Shown here: in pieces, positions 36,404 to 46,720 of the stretch
How the letters are laid out: every line of letters begins with the position of its first letter
Numbering within the stretch: position 1 is the first letter of the stretch
Assembly: GCA_001897535.1 (NCBI GenBank)
Contig: MKTC01000021.1
Coordinates: 24,532 to 88,531, forward strand
Length of the DNA stretch: 64,000 nt
Source: Bacteroidetes bacterium 37-13
Lineage (GTDB): Bacteria > Bacteroidota > Bacteroidia > Chitinophagales > LD1
Direction: 5' to 3'
Program-made: the position numbers and the translations under genes
The notes under the pieces: model-generated
What the model saw: the letters and a program-made list of their open reading frames with translations, nothing else
What the model was told of the DNA's origin: nothing
Databases searched by the model: none

Positions 36404-37282
36404 CTATTGCATAAAATAATATTCTCTAAAAATTTCACCGTCTTTTATCATTCGCACGCTGTATCTTTTGTTTGTGAGCGAGAGTGGAAACGGATTGTAG
36501 CGAATGCTGTGTGCGCCATCTTTAACCAAAACATCTTCAATAATAGGTTTTAGCAGTTCTCCGCTTTGGCTGTAATAGCCAACAGAAATTATGTGTGCGG
36601 TGTCGGTATTAAAAACAATGTTTCTATCAAATTGCTTGCCATTGTAAACAGCCATAATTTGCGCCAAATTATTATAAGCATTTTCCTTTTTTAGTTGCTC
36701 TAAATTCACTCCTTTTAAGTTGGCAACAAAAGCCTGTAAGCCATTCTGTATGTTTAAGTTTTCTGAGTGAATAGAAAGGATTGGGCTATTATCGGTAAGA
36801 CTCCAAACTGCTTCTTGAGCAGCAAAGGATTGGCACCTATTTTTGGCAATATATTGGGCAAGTTCAAAAAGTGCACCCGAAGATTTTTTTCCTACTTTGT
36901 ATTTTATTTTTGAAGAAGGCGAACTCATAGAAAGTTGTGCGCACATGGCGTAAATAAACTGCTTCTCTTTGCTCTTTGGTTTTAGTTTTACTATTAGTGG
37001 TTGGGTCATCAATAAAACTTGATAACCTTTTTCGGTGGGCTCCATTAAAAAACCTTCTTCCATTTCCAAATTCAATTCTTGGTTGGTATTGTTTACTAAT
37101 TCCATTTGCAGCTTGGGTAAATAGTTGTTTTCCCGAAAATTATTTGGAATTTCTGCACCGTTTGCACCTTGAATTTCGGCTGAAATTAAATTGGTGGCAA
37201 TTGCATTTACAACGTGCGTGGCGTTTACTCTTGCCGAAAAAGCAATAAGCATCGCAATGATGGTTGCGTATTTCATAATCAA
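36404..37282 (-). CDS. Secreted hypothetical protein
   Basis: Signal peptide MKYATIIAMLIAFSARVNA. I recognise no family. Confidence 0.55.
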   Translation of the reverse strand: MIMKYATIIAMLIAFSARVNATHVVNAIATNLISAEIQGANGAEIPNNFRENNYLPKLQMELVNNTNQELNLEMEEGFLMEPTEKGYQVLLMTQPLIVKLKPKSKEKQFIYAMCAQLSMSSPSSKIKYKVGKKSSGALFELAQYIAKNRCQSFAAQEAVWSLTDNSPILSIHSENLNIQNGLQAFVANLKGVNLEQLKKENAYNNLAQIMAVYNGKQFDRNIVFNTDTAHIISVGYYSQSGELLKPIIEDVLVKDGAHSIRYNPFPLSLTNKRYSVRMIKDGEIFREYYFMQ

Positions 37283-37426
37283 AAGGTTTGGTTTGTTCGA
37301 TTAACGAAAAGCACGAAAAATTTATTGTGTGTTGTATATTTTGCAAACGGGAAAGCAGTTATGTAACTTCTGTTTCGCAACAGTAATTTATTAGCTTGTA
37401 TCATTGCTTCCATAAAATAAAGAATA

Positions 37427-39121
37427 ATGAAAATTGTAATAGTAGGAGGTGTTGCCGGAGGCGCAACCGCAGCAACAAGGCTTAGGCGCTTATCAGAAGA
37501 AAACGAAGTAATCATTTTTGAAAAAGGACCTTACGTGAGCTTTGCTAATTGCGGCCTGCCATATCATATTAGCGGAACCATTAGTAATAGAAATTCGCTT
37601 TTGCTTCAAACACCTGAAAAACTAAAAGAGCGCTATAATTTAGATGCACGTGTTTTCTCGGAGGTGTTATCCATCAATACTTTAGAAAAAATAGTGATGG
37701 TGAAGAATTTGCAAACAGGTAATACTTATGCTGAAAGCTACGATAAACTATTGCTTTCTCCCGGTGCAGAGCCTATCCGCCCGCCTTTTGAAGGAATAAA
37801 TTCTGACAAAATATTTACACTCCGAAATATTCCCGATATGGATAAAATTGTTGCCAAAACAAAAGAGGCAAATGATTTTGTGGTTGTGGGCGGTGGTTTT
37901 ATTGGCTTAGAAGTGGCAGAAAACTTAATTGAAGCCGGCAAGAATGTGCAACTGGTAGAATTAGGCAATCAGGTGATGGCTCCGGTTGATTTTGAAATTG
38001 CAAGTTTTATTCATCAAAAAGCAGCAGAAAAAGGCTTAAAGTTTTTATTGAATACAGGCGTACAAAAGTTTGCAGATAAAGGCAACAAAATAGAAGTGTT
38101 TTTTACAAACGGCACTTCAGTAGAAACAGATGCTGTAATTCTATCAATAGGCGTAAAGCCCGATACCCAATTGGCAAAAAACGCAGGTTTAGAAATTGGC
38201 ACTACCGGAGGCATTTTAGTAAACGAATATTTGCAAACTACCCATCCGGATATTTATGCCGTAGGCGATGCGGTTGAGGTGGCGCATTTTATTCATCATA
38301 AAAAAGTGCTTATTCCTTTGGCGTGGCCGGCAAATAGGCAAGGCAGAATTGTTGCCGATAATATTTTAATGGGCAACAGCTATAAATATTCCGGCAGCTT
38401 GGGTTCTTCTATCCTTAAATTTTTTGAACTCACGGTTGCTTCTACGGGCTTAAACGAAAAATTTTTGAAGCGCAATAAAATACCATACAAAACGGCTGTT
38501 GTAACGCGCGGCCACCATGCAGGATATTATCCCGGAGCTAAAACAATGGTACTAAAATTGCTTTTTGATGAAACCGGAAAAATATTTGGTGCGCAAGCCG
38601 TTGGCGAAAAAGGAGTTGATAAAAGAATTGATGTAATTGCTACCGCCATTAAAGGCGGATTAAGCATTTATGATTTGCAGGAAATTGAAATTACTTATGC
38701 GCCACCTTTTAATTCGGCAAAAGATATTGTAAATATTGCCGGCTACACCGCAGAAAATATGCTGAATGGCAAGCTGGAAATGATTAACTACGATGAATTA
38801 GCAACTTATGCAGAAGAAAACAATGCTACTATTTTAGATGTGCGCACAGCCGAGGAATTTGCTTGCGGAAATATTCCTGAAGCCGTTAATATTAGCGTAG
38901 ATGATTTGCGGGCAAATATTCACCAATTAGATAGAAGTAAAACTTACGTTATTTATTGCCAAGTAGGGCTTCGTGGCTATTTGGCAACCCGTATCTTAAA
39001 CAACCATGGATTTAAAGCCGTGAACCTGAATGGCGGATATCAAATATGGGCGAAAGTATTTCCAAAAGCTACTTTGCTGCAAGAATGTGTTGTAATGTCT
39101 TCGGTAGATGCAATGGCGTAG
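37427..39121 (+). CDS. CoA-disulfide reductase-type FAD oxidoreductase fused to a C-terminal rhodanese domain
   Basis: GGVAGGATAA FAD motif, redox Cys in SFANCGLPY, a second GGGFIGLE dinucleotide motif, and a C-terminal rhodanese with active-site-like CQVGLRG. Confidence 0.85.
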   Translation: MKIVIVGGVAGGATAATRLRRLSEENEVIIFEKGPYVSFANCGLPYHISGTISNRNSLLLQTPEKLKERYNLDARVFSEVLSINTLEKIVMVKNLQTGNTYAESYDKLLLSPGAEPIRPPFEGINSDKIFTLRNIPDMDKIVAKTKEANDFVVVGGGFIGLEVAENLIEAGKNVQLVELGNQVMAPVDFEIASFIHQKAAEKGLKFLLNTGVQKFADKGNKIEVFFTNGTSVETDAVILSIGVKPDTQLAKNAGLEIGTTGGILVNEYLQTTHPDIYAVGDAVEVAHFIHHKKVLIPLAWPANRQGRIVADNILMGNSYKYSGSLGSSILKFFELTVASTGLNEKFLKRNKIPYKTAVVTRGHHAGYYPGAKTMVLKLLFDETGKIFGAQAVGEKGVDKRIDVIATAIKGGLSIYDLQEIEITYAPPFNSAKDIVNIAGYTAENMLNGKLEMINYDELATYAEENNATILDVRTAEEFACGNIPEAVNISVDDLRANIHQLDRSKTYVIYCQVGLRGYLATRILNNHGFKAVNLNGGYQIWAKVFPKATLLQECVVMSSVDAMA

Positions 39122-39141
39122 ATATTTTTTAAAGCAGTAAA

Positions 39142-39170
39142 AATAAGCAGTAGGATTTCTACTGCTTATT
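39142..39170. terminator. Bidirectional hairpin terminator between convergent genes
   Basis: AATAAGCAGTAG pairs with CTACTGCTTATT (perfect 12 bp, 5-nt loop). Both flanks are A/T-rich. Confidence 0.7.
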
Positions 39171-39180
39171 TAATTAAACT

Positions 39181-39405
39181 CTATTTCTCTAAAGTGTTTT
39201 TTTGCTTAGTTGCTTTTAAGCGCTTTGCTCCATATAAACCCGCGGCAGCCAATAAAAGTGCTGCACCGCCATCTATTGGAACGCCTGCTGGCGGAGGTCC
39301 GCCTTGTCCTTGTCCGCCACCACCGCCTCCGGGTTGGGCTTCTACTAATGTGGCACTTGCTATAATTACTGCTGCAAAGAGTATTTTTATTGCTATATTT
39401 TTCAT
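39181..39405 (-). CDS. Mini-protein: signal peptide + Gly/Pro linker + exosortase-type (PID-CTERM-like) sorting tail
   Basis: MKNIAIKILFAAVIIASATLVEA | QPGGGGGGQGQGGPPPAGV | PIDGGAALLLAAAGLYGA | KRLKATKQK. This is the motif, TM helix and basic-cluster architecture. Confidence 0.65.
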   Translation of the reverse strand: MKNIAIKILFAAVIIASATLVEAQPGGGGGGQGQGGPPPAGVPIDGGAALLLAAAGLYGAKRLKATKQKNTLEK

Positions 39406-39431
39406 GTTGTTTCGTTTTGTGCTTGTTGGCT

Positions 39432-42400
39432 TTACTTGTTAGAAATAAATACTTTAGAAACCTTGTTGATGCCCTCTTCTTTTACCTTCACAATAGCGTA
39501 CCAAGCTTGGCTACCGTTAAGCTCAATGGTTGTCTTTCTGCTCGTGGTGGTTTCTTCAGTTAGCTGCTGACCCATCATGTTGTAAATAGTAATTGTTGCA
39601 GGCGTATTCTTGTTTCTTAAAACAGTTACTTGATTTTTATTTGAATAAATACTTACGGCATTTTCTGCACTTTCATTTATTCCTGAAACTACTTTTGCTG
39701 CAAACACAATAGAATAGTTGTTGTAGTTCTCGTTTGCGTTTAACTGCAAAACTATGCTTCCGGTTTCTAAATTGGTAAGCGTTCCGGTAGTTTTATCTTT
39801 TAGATAAGCAGTTAAATCAGTTAGGTTTAAAGCATTTGCAGTAAGCGAGTAATTACCGTTTTCGCTCACGCGCATTATCAAAGGCAATTCTGTGTTTTCG
39901 GTTATTTCGTCTAATACATTGATAGCGTAATCTTTTCCTTGCGAAACATAACCCATGTAAACGGTACTGCCCGCAGGTATTTTCACGGCATCTAAACCTT
40001 TGTCTTCATTTTGAGAGGCATTAGCATCGGTGTAAGCTACTATTTCATCGCTATTGCCTTGTCCGCTTAATAGCAATCTTACTTCGTTGCTCTGCACACC
40101 GGCTTTGTAGAAGTTGGCAGCAGTTGCCGTTCTTACAGTATTGTTAAGCGTGAAAGTTCCTCCGGCACTCGTTTTTACAAAGAACCCTTGCCCCGAAGCA
40201 ATCGTAGCACTAATTCCGTTTAAACCGGAAGCCACGCCAGAAGCATTACAAGTTCCCCAGTTGCCGGTGTATTCTCCGGTAGTATTAAACACATAGTAAT
40301 TACCATCAATAGAAGAAGAATTGAGTGCTGCTGCTGTTACCCAATCAATATTGCTTGGATAAGGATTACCCACAAAATTCCAACCATCTTGCGATGTTGA
40401 AGCAGAAGGTGTATTAGTGATAGCTCTATTTAGAGTGTCGTTATGTGGCGTGCCTGTAAAGTCTAAGGTAAAAGGTGCGCCTGCATAAGTGCGGATTGCA
40501 AAACCCTGCATTGGGCTTAGTGTATTGCTATTGCCTGTTCTGCTAAGCCAGCCTGTAAAATAGTTTCCGGTTGGTGTAGAAAGCGCATTGTTTGCCGCTT
40601 CATCATACACTTGCACATTTGGGTAAGGGCTGTAGCTATACCAACAATTTACACCATTTTGACCAAACACGGTAAAATCATCTGCTAAATCTGCAACAGT
40701 AGTAGCCACAGGAGAACTAACATCGCGATAGCCATTGGCAATGTTGGTAATGCTTTTTTCTACGGTAAATGTACCGCTGCCACCATAGCTGCTGCTATTG
40801 CCTTGCAAGAAGTTGCCGCCATCTTGTATGGTAACGGCACCACTGTTTGCAAAAGTACCGTTAAGTGTGAGAGAGCCTCCGTTAGCTACGGTAAGAGTAG
40901 CTCCACCGGCAAGCGAAATGTCTTTTACTGCTGCACTACCGCCAATTACCGGGCTGTTGGTAACATTTGGTATAGTAGCATCATCGGTAGAAGTTGGCAC
41001 ACTGCCTTTACACCAGTTTCCTGTTTTGCTCCAATCGTTGTCTATGTTGCCGGTCCATAATTTTGCAGTTCCACTTAATGCCGCAGCATTCGGAATATAC
41101 AAATTATCAATGGTTAAAGTTTCTGAGCAAGAATTGTTGTGTTGCCATAATGCACCAAAGTAAGGCAGGCTGCTTGCGGTATAAGTAGAATTGGTAGCAG
41201 TAAATGCGCTGCCCAAACTTCCTACATTTGGTGCAGCAAAACTGCTTCCATCGTTTCTTACATAAAGCGACCACTGGCTGTTGCAAGGGTTAAAAACCAC
41301 TTTCACACTTAAATAGCCTGTTTCGCCTGTATAGTTTGAAGCAACAATATCGGAAATATGAGAGTTGTCGTTTAAACCATTAGTAAAGTGAATCAGCTTA
41401 ACAGGGTCTGGTGTTCCCTGATTTCCGATAATTACCGCATATCCATTAGCGGCAGCATCGCCAAAATCACTTTTGCTACTGCCTAAAACTACTGCACCGC
41501 CATAAGTATTAGTCGAATTACTAAAACCCGAAGGAGTATTCCGTGTACTTTTCATATTAAACAACCAAACCAACTCTCCGCTTGCATTGGCAAAAGTGGT
41601 AGCATATTTTCCTGTACCATTAAACTGGGCTTGCTCCACACCATTTCCACCTGAAGCAGGAGAAACATTACAATTAGAAAGCACTAAAGTTCCATTATCA
41701 ATTCGCAAACGCGAACCGTCTCCGGTTTCTGTTTCTGTCCATGCAGTTGAGCCGCCACTGCTTGGAATACCCACCGTATTATTATTGGCTCGGTTAAAAT
41801 CATCAAAAAGTTGATAAGGGTCGTTGGTGCTGTTTATAGTTGCATAAACAGCAGAAAAACCACCACCACTGGCACTTATTTGGAAAGTTCCCACTTGGTT
41901 GTAGCTTAAACCGCTAAAAGTGTAAGTGCCTGCCACTAAGTTATGTGTAGCACCGCCCGTTAAAGTACCTGCTCCGCTCGATTTTGCCAAAGTAATTGCC
42001 GGAGTTTGGTTTTGGTCTATGTTTCCATTGGCATCAATGGCGCTTACGGTTATTGTAAAGTTACTGCCTACGGGTACTGAAGCCGGAGCATTGATAAATT
42101 GCAAGGTTGCGATAACATCAATTTCATTTTTGCTGCTGCTGCTGGTTGGAGCAAAAGACCCTAATTGTGAACTTACAGTACTGTTATCAACGGTTACATC
42201 TGCATCTTCTAATTTAAACACTAAGCGCTTGCCATCAGAACCTGCCGCCATTGGATTATCAATGCTAAGGCGCATGCTTATTTGTTTAAAACTTCCTGCA
42301 CCATCTGCCACAGACAAGCCACTTGTAGGTGTAAACGAAATTGTAGAATTTCCTACTATAAACGAACCGCTGATTGGTGTAGAGGAGCTTCCGTCAAAAA

Positions 42401-44936
42401 ACTTAACGTTATCAACTACTGTTGTCCAGTTTGGAACAGTGTTTCCTGCTGCTGCGCGAATAGTCCATTGTTTGTAGATGGTAGGCAAAGCATCGCCATC
42501 ATCAGCAGAGCCATTGCCATCAAAAAGTTTAAACTGCCAAACCTGTGCGCCCTGAGTGTTGTTTGTAATTGTTCCATTTTCTAAAGAAGAAATGGTAGTT
42601 GCTTCTGAGCCGCTTACCGCTTGTATTACACTTGCGGTTGAAGTAGGAGCAGTGGTTGCTTGTGAATTAGGATTATTAGTAGCGGTTGAAGTAATAAATT
42701 TAGAACTAGAACCGGTGCAATTGTATTCGTACACACGGAAATAGTAGGTGGTGCTTGCAGAAAGCCCGGTAACTGAAACACTTGAGCCATTGCTGTTGTA
42801 AACCAATTGTTGGCCACTGTTTGCCCAAGTTGTGTTGGCTGAAGATAAAGTTCCGCCATCAGTTGGTGCTGTAAAGCTATTGGTGCTATTGATATACACC
42901 ACTCTGTTGCTGCCATCGCCATTAGTCCAGCCAATATCCATGCTGCTTGTAAGCACATTAGAGAAGGTTATGGCAGATGCTTGGGTAGTTGGCGCTGCAC
43001 AGGCAAAAGGCGAAACTGTTCCGTTAAACTCAAAATCGTTGATGCTGAATGTGCCAGATCCTCCACTTGCATTCCAACCATAAAAGCGGAAGGTAATGGC
43101 TGCGGTAATGGTTTGGTATGCTGCTCCCGATAAGCTGATGGTTGTGCCCGTTGCTGTTGGGCTGCCAATATTAGCAGTATAGCCATCTGCACTGGAGCGA
43201 AAAGCAAAACTTGTTGGTCCAGAACCTGAAGCTTGCCCGTTATAAACAAAATTGGTAAAATCTATTTTGTAGCCGCTGTTTGGCGTTAAGGTAAATTCAA
43301 AATAATCATTGGCATATAAAGTGTTAGCGTCCCAACCGTTGGCGTTATAGCGATTGTTAGCTCCGGCTGCAGATACTCCCGAGCCGCGGCTGATACCGGA
43401 AACGGAGATATTGGCATCTTTGGAATCTCCGGTGGTGTATGGGCTGGCTGTGATACTCGTTCCCGTAATATCATTACTCCAAAGTGGACCGGCAAGTGTA
43501 GTAATGCCTGTGGTGTAGCCGGCATAACTGCTGTTGCCTCCGGCATTTGCCACGCGCACACGGTAATAGTAAGTAGTAGAAGGGCTTAAACCCGTTATGA
43601 TGGTAGAAGTAGAAGCAATACTGCTTACGGTTGTTACCGGAGCACCGGTAAAAGCACTGTTAGCATAAACCTCTACGGTGTAAGTGTAACTTGCTGCTCC
43701 CTGCCCTGTTGGCGCACTCCAACTTGCCGTAAAGCCATTTGCTGTAGGAGAACTTGCCGCAGGCGATGTTGGTGGCAGAGAGATTGTGGTAAAGGTTAAA
43801 TCGTTGCCATAGCCTGTTACGCTACTGCTGTTGGTAATATATGCGCGGTAGTGGTAAACGGTATTGGCAGTAAGCCCTGTTACGCTGCTGGTATAATTTG
43901 CTGTTCCGCTTCCATCATTAGTAGAATTAACAGAAGGCACTGTTGGGTTGGCAGCCGTGCCCCACACCACGCCTTTGGCTGTGATAGTAGCACCGCAAGT
44001 AGTGCTTACGCTGTTACCTCCCGAATTGGCAGAAGTGGTATTTACGCTACTTACTGTAACTGTAGTTACAGCAACCGTACTGTTAATACCTGTGGCAGAT
44101 GTTACCGCACAATTGGTAGCCGATGCACCACCTCCCGATACAGTAATATTGCCGGTATATGAAGTAGCCGCAGCAGGAGTAAATTTTACATAAACGGTTG
44201 TGCTGCCAAGTGTTGGTGCGGTATATGGCAAACCAAGCGTAGAGGTATAAGTACCTCCGGAAGTAAGCGAATAGGTAAAGCTGCTGAGAGTGCCCACACT
44301 CACCGCAGAGCCGTCTAAATTGCTGCCCGAAACCGTAAATTGCTGTGGCCCCGCAGTAGCACCAATGCACACATTGCCAAATTGGTTATCAAGTGTACTT
44401 ACAGTAAGAGAAGGAGAGGCTCCACCCGAATATGCAGTCCACACCACATCATCTATTGCAATTCTTTTGCCTGAAGTAGTTTGATTGATAACGATTGAAG
44501 TAAGACTTGCAACATTTATTCCGCTCCATGTATAAGAAACTACAGAACTTATTGTTGAACCAGTTGTTGTTTTCGTAGATATGGAAGTGCCATTTACAAC
44601 AAGCTCTAAAGTACCAATATCTGGAGGGTTGCCAAAAGGTGCTTTTGCATTTATAGTTAAATCTCCTATACCGGCAGATTGTTGAGCAGTAGTAAGCCCA
44701 AAGGTTAAAGCCCCATTTCTAATGCATATTGCTTTGCCTGTAATTGTTTGGTCTGTTCTGGCATCGGTAGAGCCCCAAGTTGCTCCGTTGTCGCCAGTCC
44801 AACTTCTATTTGAGTAAGAACCCGAAGACCCCGTGGGGATATTTGTAAAACTTTCAGTTCCCTGCCCCCAACTGCAAAGGCTTGCAAAAACAAGTAGCAT
44901 TACTACTACTGCGGTGTGTAAAGTAAATTTTACCAT
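39432..44936 (-). CDS. Giant cell-surface protein (1834 aa) with Fn3-like repeats and a T9SS C-terminal sorting domain
   Basis: Signal peptide, Thr/Ser/Gly-rich beta modules, several Fn3-like units (SPSTTYYYRVRV, SASTTYYFRVYEY), and the C-terminal ...ITIYNMMGQQL...WYAIVKVKEEG...KVFISNK. Confidence 0.85.
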   Translation of the reverse strand: MVKFTLHTAVVVMLLVFASLCSWGQGTESFTNIPTGSSGSYSNRSWTGDNGATWGSTDARTDQTITGKAICIRNGALTFGLTTAQQSAGIGDLTINAKAPFGNPPDIGTLELVVNGTSISTKTTTGSTISSVVSYTWSGINVASLTSIVINQTTSGKRIAIDDVVWTAYSGGASPSLTVSTLDNQFGNVCIGATAGPQQFTVSGSNLDGSAVSVGTLSSFTYSLTSGGTYTSTLGLPYTAPTLGSTTVYVKFTPAAATSYTGNITVSGGGASATNCAVTSATGINSTVAVTTVTVSSVNTTSANSGGNSVSTTCGATITAKGVVWGTAANPTVPSVNSTNDGSGTANYTSSVTGLTANTVYHYRAYITNSSSVTGYGNDLTFTTISLPPTSPAASSPTANGFTASWSAPTGQGAASYTYTVEVYANSAFTGAPVTTVSSIASTSTIITGLSPSTTYYYRVRVANAGGNSSYAGYTTGITTLAGPLWSNDITGTSITASPYTTGDSKDANISVSGISRGSGVSAAGANNRYNANGWDANTLYANDYFEFTLTPNSGYKIDFTNFVYNGQASGSGPTSFAFRSSADGYTANIGSPTATGTTISLSGAAYQTITAAITFRFYGWNASGGSGTFSINDFEFNGTVSPFACAAPTTQASAITFSNVLTSSMDIGWTNGDGSNRVVYINSTNSFTAPTDGGTLSSANTTWANSGQQLVYNSNGSSVSVTGLSASTTYYFRVYEYNCTGSSSKFITSTATNNPNSQATTAPTSTASVIQAVSGSEATTISSLENGTITNNTQGAQVWQFKLFDGNGSADDGDALPTIYKQWTIRAAAGNTVPNWTTVVDNVKFFDGSSSTPISGSFIVGNSTISFTPTSGLSVADGAGSFKQISMRLSIDNPMAAGSDGKRLVFKLEDADVTVDNSTVSSQLGSFAPTSSSSKNEIDVIATLQFINAPASVPVGSNFTITVSAIDANGNIDQNQTPAITLAKSSGAGTLTGGATHNLVAGTYTFSGLSYNQVGTFQISASGGGFSAVYATINSTNDPYQLFDDFNRANNNTVGIPSSGGSTAWTETETGDGSRLRIDNGTLVLSNCNVSPASGGNGVEQAQFNGTGKYATTFANASGELVWLFNMKSTRNTPSGFSNSTNTYGGAVVLGSSKSDFGDAAANGYAVIIGNQGTPDPVKLIHFTNGLNDNSHISDIVASNYTGETGYLSVKVVFNPCNSQWSLYVRNDGSSFAAPNVGSLGSAFTATNSTYTASSLPYFGALWQHNNSCSETLTIDNLYIPNAAALSGTAKLWTGNIDNDWSKTGNWCKGSVPTSTDDATIPNVTNSPVIGGSAAVKDISLAGGATLTVANGGSLTLNGTFANSGAVTIQDGGNFLQGNSSSYGGSGTFTVEKSITNIANGYRDVSSPVATTVADLADDFTVFGQNGVNCWYSYSPYPNVQVYDEAANNALSTPTGNYFTGWLSRTGNSNTLSPMQGFAIRTYAGAPFTLDFTGTPHNDTLNRAITNTPSASTSQDGWNFVGNPYPSNIDWVTAAALNSSSIDGNYYVFNTTGEYTGNWGTCNASGVASGLNGISATIASGQGFFVKTSAGGTFTLNNTVRTATAANFYKAGVQSNEVRLLLSGQGNSDEIVAYTDANASQNEDKGLDAVKIPAGSTVYMGYVSQGKDYAINVLDEITENTELPLIMRVSENGNYSLTANALNLTDLTAYLKDKTTGTLTNLETGSIVLQLNANENYNNYSIVFAAKVVSGINESAENAVSIYSNKNQVTVLRNKNTPATITIYNMMGQQLTEETTTSRKTTIELNGSQAWYAIVKVKEEGINKVSKVFISNK

Positions 44937-45090
44937 AATTCTATCTATTTTAAAAACGATTATTCAAGCTGCGAAGCCACAAAACTAAAACAAACGGTCT
45001 ATAATCTACAGAAATAGAATATTAAATAATTATTATTTAATCTGTAATAATAAGGTAGAGGTTTTGGAGCAGAAACTTTTTAAAGAAACA

Positions 45091-46368
45091 CTAATCGAAC
45101 TTGCGCTTAATAAACCAAGTATCGTTAAGCACAAAGCCTATATTGAGTTTGTAGTAGGTTTCAGAAAGTACCAACTTGCTATCGAATCCTCTTTTGCCAA
45201 AATCGCCCGAAATATTGATGCGCGCAATGGCTTTTCGCGAAACGGGAATACCAAAACCAACGGTGCCTCCGGCTTCGTTAAGTTTTTGACCTGCATAAAC
45301 GGCTTCGCTTTGCCCGTAGTAGCCACCAACTTTTAATTGGATTTTACCGCCCATTTTTCGGCTTTCAATATTTGGAGTGTATTGCAAACCAAGCGCCACA
45401 CGCCAGCTATCGTTTAATTTTTCAGAATTAAAATCGCTTGTAAAGCTGCTCCAGTTGGCATAGCGAAAATCGGCACCAATCAACCAATGGGCTTCATTAC
45501 CAAAGGTAAAACCACCACCAAGTTGGTACGGTAAAGTAATAGTAGATTTTCCATTAGTGATAGCTGTTACGGTATCAACGGCAATTGGATTTCCGGTTTC
45601 ATCGTAAAAAAATCTATCCCAAAAACGGGTAACTTTTGCAGTTACGGGAACTTGGCTGTTGCCAAACACGCCAACGGTAAACAAGATGTCGTGGCGCAGG
45701 TTGTTTTCTTTTGTTTTCTTTTTTATGGCTATGCGATATTGCAAACCTACATTATACACAAAACCGTTTACACGATAAGTAGCAGCATTTCTGGAGTTAA
45801 ACGCGCCAACCGAATCAGGAAAAAGCACAAAGCGCGAATAATCTAATTTTCCAAAAAGATAACCGGCATTTACGCCAAACGAAAAACCTTTAAACTGTGC
45901 GCCCGTGCCCACATAAACTTGATACAGCGAACCTGCTCCGCGATAGATATTTTGAAAGCCGCCAAAGGCAGAATCGTAACCAAACTGACGAAAAGTATAA
46001 TTCATGTTTGAATAAGGCAGCAAGCCAAAACTCATGCCCCAAGTGCCGCGTTTTAAAGGAACGCCCACAGCAACGTGGCTAAAAGAACCATTGTGTGCAT
46101 TGTAAGTAGAATCGCGTGCTGCAATGGAAACAAAATCCATGTTTGCGCCTAGTTCAAACGTAACAAAACTAAGGGCGCTGTACGATGCCGGGTTGTTGAA
46201 ATTGATATTTGCAGTGCTGGCATAGCCGCCACTCAATTCGGCAAAACCTCTATTGGCAGAAAATCCGTTGGTGCGGATATAACCTAACCCAAGCCTTGAA
46301 TAAGGTGAAGAAACTTGCGCCTGTATTAAAAGTGCTGAACTAAACAGCAACAAAAAAATAATTCTCAA
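45091..46368 (-). CDS. Outer-membrane beta-barrel protein (porin-like; TTG start)
   Basis: Signal peptide, an SPYSRLGLGY N-terminal motif, alternating aromatic/Gly strands, and a C-terminal aromatic-rich strand. The start codon is uncertain. Confidence 0.6.
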   Translation of the reverse strand: MRIIFLLLFSSALLIQAQVSSPYSRLGLGYIRTNGFSANRGFAELSGGYASTANINFNNPASYSALSFVTFELGANMDFVSIAARDSTYNAHNGSFSHVAVGVPLKRGTWGMSFGLLPYSNMNYTFRQFGYDSAFGGFQNIYRGAGSLYQVYVGTGAQFKGFSFGVNAGYLFGKLDYSRFVLFPDSVGAFNSRNAATYRVNGFVYNVGLQYRIAIKKKTKENNLRHDILFTVGVFGNSQVPVTAKVTRFWDRFFYDETGNPIAVDTVTAITNGKSTITLPYQLGGGFTFGNEAHWLIGADFRYANWSSFTSDFNSEKLNDSWRVALGLQYTPNIESRKMGGKIQLKVGGYYGQSEAVYAGQKLNEAGGTVGFGIPVSRKAIARINISGDFGKRGFDSKLVLSETYYKLNIGFVLNDTWFIKRKFD

Positions 46369-46720
46369 CTACAATTTTTTATTTCAAAAATTAAAAATAG
46401 CAACTACACAAAAGTGCAATTTATGTAAACCGAAAAAGGCTTTTTTTATTGCACACGAATAAGTTGCATGCTGCATTTTTTACTATCATAACGGCACAAG
46501 TTTTTCTTGAACTGAATGCTAAAATAAAATTTGCAGCGGGCGAAGATGCTATTTTCAAATGCTTTAGCCAAATTCAACACATTTTTTTAAAGCCCAAATT
46601 TTCCAAAGCAAATTACCTAACACAAAGTTTTAGGTTTTTCATTACTCCAAAGTAGGGTTAAAATTGGGAGCGTTTCAACTTTACGGCTTATCTTCGTACT
46701 TTAATTTTTGTTGAATAATT

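Noticed and set aside
39194-39442. An 82-aa plus-strand ORF with a poly-Pro run opposite the mini-protein.
   Set aside because: The minus-strand reading gives a canonical signal peptide plus sorting tail. The plus-strand reading has no start context and crosses the adhesin stop region.
40114-44484. Many plus-strand ORFs of 60-183 aa inside the giant adhesin gene (for example 41926-42477 and 40798-41163).
   Set aside because: They are antisense to a continuous 1834-aa ORF with clear signal peptide, Fn3 and T9SS features. Their translations are low-complexity mirror images.
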